Source: Chrysomallon squamiferum (lineage: Eukaryota > Animalia > Mollusca). Taken from it: 64,000 nt of DNA. The notes beneath the pieces were generated by a model that was given only the letters and a program-made list of their open reading frames with translations, ran no database searches and had not been told where the DNA came from. The DNA lies in the NCBI GenBank assembly GCA_012295275.1, contig CM022675.1:2666001-2730000 (forward strand). Direction: 5' to 3'. Of this stretch, positions 60,649 through 64,000 are shown in pieces. The position numbers were made by a program, and so were the translations under genes. Numbering within the stretch: position 1 is the first letter of the stretch; every line of letters begins with the position of its first letter.

Positions 60649-61352
60649 TCTTTTCTTTAAAATGGGTTAAATTAAATTTTAATAATTCAAAATAGTTTTA
60701 AAAAGGTCTGCAGTTTTTTGCATCAGCCTATTATGAGACAGGGAATAATTGTATACATCAAACCCCATCTAAACAATACACAGAAACAACAAAAATACTC
60801 AACAATACAAATTGCTGTTTTGGTATAACTAATATTCATAAATAAATATAAACTTAAGAAATGTTAATTCTTTTTAAATATTACAAATTATAAATTTTTG
60901 AAACAGTAAATTAGGAAGTCAGTTCTGTGTGTATCATTTGAGAACAATGAAACAAAGCTGTTTAAACCTATTATGTAAGTTGATCCAAAATGATAGGGCT
61001 TTTGTTGTTGTTGTGTTTAGCTATCAATTAAACACTCATGTGCTTGCACTTCCTAACAATTTTAAAATTAAAATTCCCTTTTTACTTTACATATTTAATT
61101 GAAAAACCTAAATGACTGTTTTAATAAGTGATTAGTGAAAGAAATTATCATTAGATGAAATCGATCATGTATCTGGGCAGCGGAGTTTTAAGTGCAAGAA
61201 ATAAACAAAAAAAAAAAAAAAAAAAAGAATAAAGTCGCGACATGATATATCCTTTTTCTCGTTAATTTGACACAGTATGCTAATAGAAGACTTACATCGG
61301 AGCGAGTTTTCACATGATGACTGAAGTGGTTGAAATGGTTGTGATTGTTCAT
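45732..61352 (-). CDS. FBXL20: F-box/leucine-rich repeat protein, FBXL2/FBXL20 family, with C-terminal CaaX (CVIL); 15 coding exons, the penultimate one corrupted in this sequence
   Basis: Exons: 61352-61296, 59129-59071, 56836-56782, 56254-56180, 55031-54937, 54527-54459, 53940-53845, 52831-52705, 52044-51970, 51343-51213, 50813-50753, 50141-50097, 49378-49322, 48212-~47980, 45839-45732. F-box [48 protein letters not shown], cysteine-containing LRRs, and C-terminus [28 protein letters not shown]. It is probably co-orthologous to FBXL2 and FBXL20. Confidence 0.93.
45985..48077. repeat. 22-23-bp minisatellite, about 90 copies, filling the last FBXL intron and encroaching on the penultimate exon
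   Basis: Unit gtagtgacatacagtattat(g)gt. Confidence 0.96.
48230..49305. repeat. (TAG/TAA/GAT)n low-complexity region followed by a (TGTC)n-derived tract
   Basis: Trinucleotide runs at 48230-48990 and gtct/gtgt runs at 49020-49305. Confidence 0.88.
49706..50105. repeat. 50/63-bp tandem repeat spanning the FBXL exon 12 donor
   Basis: actcacctgaataca (minus strand TGTATTCAG|gtgagt) occurs 7 times. The copy at 50091-50105 is the real junction. Confidence 0.94.
50169..51955. repeat. Three intronic tandem arrays in FBXL: 22 bp (50169-50745), ~30 bp (50820-50957), ~20-29 bp (51385-51955)
   Basis: Units aaacacaaactaagttatactt; ttttaaaacaacttgaaaaatctcttgtg; tgtaacatgaatgtatt. Each begins within a few tens of nt of an acceptor. 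Confidence 0.85.
52037..52362. repeat. 41-bp tandem repeat, 8 copies, spanning the FBXL exon 9 acceptor
   Basis: Unit atcactgatctgaaatacaaaaatctcttacagaaaacaca reads tttttgtatttcag|ATCAGTGAT on the minus strand. Confidence 0.95.
53950..54381. repeat. ~41-bp tandem repeat, about 10 copies, abutting the FBXL exon 7 acceptor
   Basis: Unit aatatttaa(ca)gtttcactcaagtca(a/t)acagtgactaaac. Confidence 0.9.
56289..56365. repeat. (AG)n microsatellite
   Basis: Perfect AG run. Confidence 0.97.
57198..58405. mobile_element. Non-autonomous hAT-like DNA transposon (MITE) with an internal 23-bp satellite
   Basis: 13-bp perfect TIRs CAGTGGTGGCAAA (57198) and TTTGCCACCACTG (ending 58405). The flanking 8-mers CTTTAAAC and CTTTAGAC match at 7/8, consistent with a TSD. 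No ORF. Confidence 0.85.
57447..58371. repeat. 23-bp minisatellite, about 40 copies, inside the hAT-like element
   Basis: Unit catgtcacttaaaata(a/c)ccttg. Confidence 0.96.
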
Positions 61353-61411
61353 CTCTCTAAGCCATTAAATTCAGAGATTTTTGTCTTGCTTCTCTTCCTC
61401 CTATGACAGAC

Positions 61412-61870
61412 CTGAACAAAAGAAAATAATAACATCGAGACCTGTCTTTCTGCATTTTGTGTCGTTTATTTTGATTGGTCGGTAGCTGAGCAGGAAAAGG
61501 CGATTTACAAACAGTTCTATCACCATTTCATTCGACGTTCCTGATTAACTTAAAGGAGTATAAATACAGATATATTTCTACAGAATTGCTTTTATATTAA
61601 TCAGTTTCAATTTAGCAATTGCGTTGTGTACTAAGTACATATTACAGTTTATTTTCATTATTAGGCATAAAATAGCGGACCAATCAAAATTGCCATTACA
61701 ACTCTAGACAGACAGCTGGTTCGCCTGCACTTCCAATGTTTTGATTTGACGATGACGTCATAATACGGGAAAGTATGCCACAGCTGATAGTAAATTCGGC
61801 AGGTGCACGAAGCTCGGAATCCAAATTCAAACGTTATTATCTTTCATATCCGATGCTCATTTAGCATTTG
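61412..61870. promoter_or_regulatory. Divergent promoter region between the FBXL and FYCO1-like genes
   Basis: CpG-enriched patch between head-to-head genes. It has inverted CCAAT-containing 15-mers at 61468-61482 and 61676-61690 and a perfect CRE palindrome TGACGTCA at 61753-61760. Confidence 0.6.
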
Positions 61871-62030
61871 CAAAGCCTGACTTATGTAATAAATAAATAT
61901 TTAAACATGAATGTTGATCAATAATGTAAAATATTTAATTCGGTATTATTATTGTAATTTGTATTTAAAGATAACAGAAAGAAGAACTTATATATAATAA
62001 TATATAATTATATAAATAACGATAGTAAAT

Positions 62031-62114
<84 letters not shown>

Positions 62115-62625
62115 AATAAATAAATAAACGTTTGTAACAAGATATAAACATTCGCATTTTAGAAGGAACCTTATTAAAGGGAGATAAATACTAGATTATT
62201 TGCGTGATTTTTATTTTTATTGCCATAGGACGTACTATATTCTTCAGGTAGAACAAATGAGATTAATATTATTTCCAGATGAATTCTTTAATTTATATAC
62301 TTTATAAAAGCTGAAGCTACTTGAAAAGGTAAATTGATAAGAAAATAAAAAAACAAAACAAAGTGTGACAAAAACATCAAAGATAAAAGATGAATAACCA
62401 GAATATCATCAATATGCATTATGTGGTTGTGGTAATTTGTGTTTTCTCGTGAGCTGTCAAATCTAAGATGAAAAGTATGAGCTTGTTTTTTTATTTGTAA
62501 ACATATATGTTTTGGAAGAATATATTTGATTAATATGCATGTTTATTTACGTGTTGTATAAAATAATCTCATCGTTTGTAGACGACAGCAATGGAAATAC
62601 TTTAAAGAAGTGAAAAACGATCAAA

Positions 62626-63576
62626 ATGTCAGTGCCCTCCCACGAAATAGTGACACCTCCTCAACAGAAAATTTTACAAGATATTAAAGGTTTGATTTTA
62701 TCAAGCAAAACATAATTACTTAACTTTACGAAACATAATTAGGATGCTTTCTTAAGTACTTGCATTCAGCTGATATTTTTGTTTTAAAGTGTTGCAACCT
62801 ATATCATATGTATGATGTTTGCAAAATAAATTTAGTTTTATTATTTTAGGATATCTACCTAATGACACATAAAATGTCTAATGATGATGATTAAATGGTG
62901 CAATTTTTTTCTTGTCATTTTAAAAAAAAAGTTTAAACACAAATAGAAATAGAAAAAAAAAATGATGGACTTAGTGGTTGAAACTTATATATTAAATTAT
63001 TGTTGTTGTTGTTTTCAATCAGTCTTCGTTATTGTGATACATATTACATTAGTGTTTGCAATATTCATGATATGTTTGGTTAAGTCTTAAAGACAACTCA
63101 GAATATTTACTATTCTAGCCATCTGTTACAAGAAAGAGAACGTACTTCAAAATGTATTTATGACTAACACTGAGTGATATCAGTTAAATAGAAATTATTT
63201 ATAACTAAATAGTAATATAATTCAATATACTGATAACTAACTTAGACTTTAGAGTTGCATAAATAAAATACATCAATGACTAACTTAGAGATGCATAAAT
63301 AAAAAATATATATGATTAACTTAAATAAAATATAACTTTCACAGAATTGTCTAAATAATATATATTAATAACTATATTAGAGTGATTACAGAAACTGAAA
63401 GCATAATTTAATAACTGAAATTATAATTATAAAAACATGAATATGTTGTTTTACAGAATGTGTAACTCAGCTAACTGAGGAATTCACGCAACATCGTGTT
63501 CCCGTCAACGATGACAGTCAAACATTGCAACGTTTCTGTGCTAAACTGGAATATCTGCTTCAAACACACATGAAAG
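62626..63576 (+). CDS. FYCO1: First two coding exons of a FYCO1-like RUN-domain protein (gene continues beyond the window)
   Basis: Exons 62626-62689 and 63457-63576 (phase 1) give MSVPSHEIVTPPQQKILQDIKECVTQLTEEFTQHRVPVNDDSQTLQRFCAKLEYLLQTHMK. This resembles the FYCO1 N-terminus as I recall it (QRIIRDLQDAVTELSKEF...PITDDS..LHKF.YKLEYLLQ). Confidence 0.75.
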
Positions 63577-64000
63577 GTTAGTCTGTATGTCTGTCTCTCT
63601 GATATTCTCATTTTGTCTTTAGAAATGAGATAAAATTAGAGTGATAAGTAAAAGTACTTTATCTGTGTATCACTGTGTTTTAACATGTCTGTGTTGTTTT
63701 ATGTTATTCACAGAGAAATACAAATATTTTAATACCAGTAATTAAGAGAATGAAATTTCTAAAATAAATATTTGTTTATATATTTAGTGTTGTGATAAGA
63801 CAGGATTTAAAAAAAATAAAGAAAATAAAGTTTAAACTAGTTGTTGATTAACCTAATAGTAAAAGTAAATAAATAAAATTAGTAGATAAAATATAATATT
63901 TCCTACTGGTGTCATAGAAATAAACAAACTAGATACGAATATTTTGGATAACTGTTTCATGTTAGAAGAAAAAGGATAAATATAAATACAGTTTTTGATA

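Overview
AT-rich, intron-dense animal genomic DNA (invertebrate; a mollusc is plausible but not provable here). It holds three complete multi-exon genes and the start of a fourth. These are a chimaerin (SH2-C1-RhoGAP, minus strand, 13 coding exons, 5190-19167), YME1L1 i-AAA protease (plus, 19 coding exons, 20228-39885), an FBXL2/FBXL20-type F-box/LRR gene ending in a CVIL CaaX box (minus, 15 coding exons, 45732-61352) and two exons of a FYCO1-like RUN-domain gene (plus, from 62626). I read every exon by hand and the GT-AG phases chain correctly, except for one corrupted FBXL exon. The most striking feature is that many intronic tandem repeats are amplified copies of the genes' own exon-intron junctions, about 10 loci across all three genes, which produces arrays of decoy splice sites. 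One chimaerin intron consists of about 22 tandem copies of a 57-nt mini-intron plus a 12-nt in-frame micro-exon. A YME1L1 donor array could add in-frame 23-aa repeats to the protease domain. Also present: a truncated DNA-transposon-like insert with a degenerate ARL14EP-N-terminus-like Cys/His domain, a hAT-like non-autonomous element carrying an internal satellite, and an FBXL exon partly overwritten by the adjacent minisatellite. Protein family calls rest on remembered homologue sequences, not on database searches.
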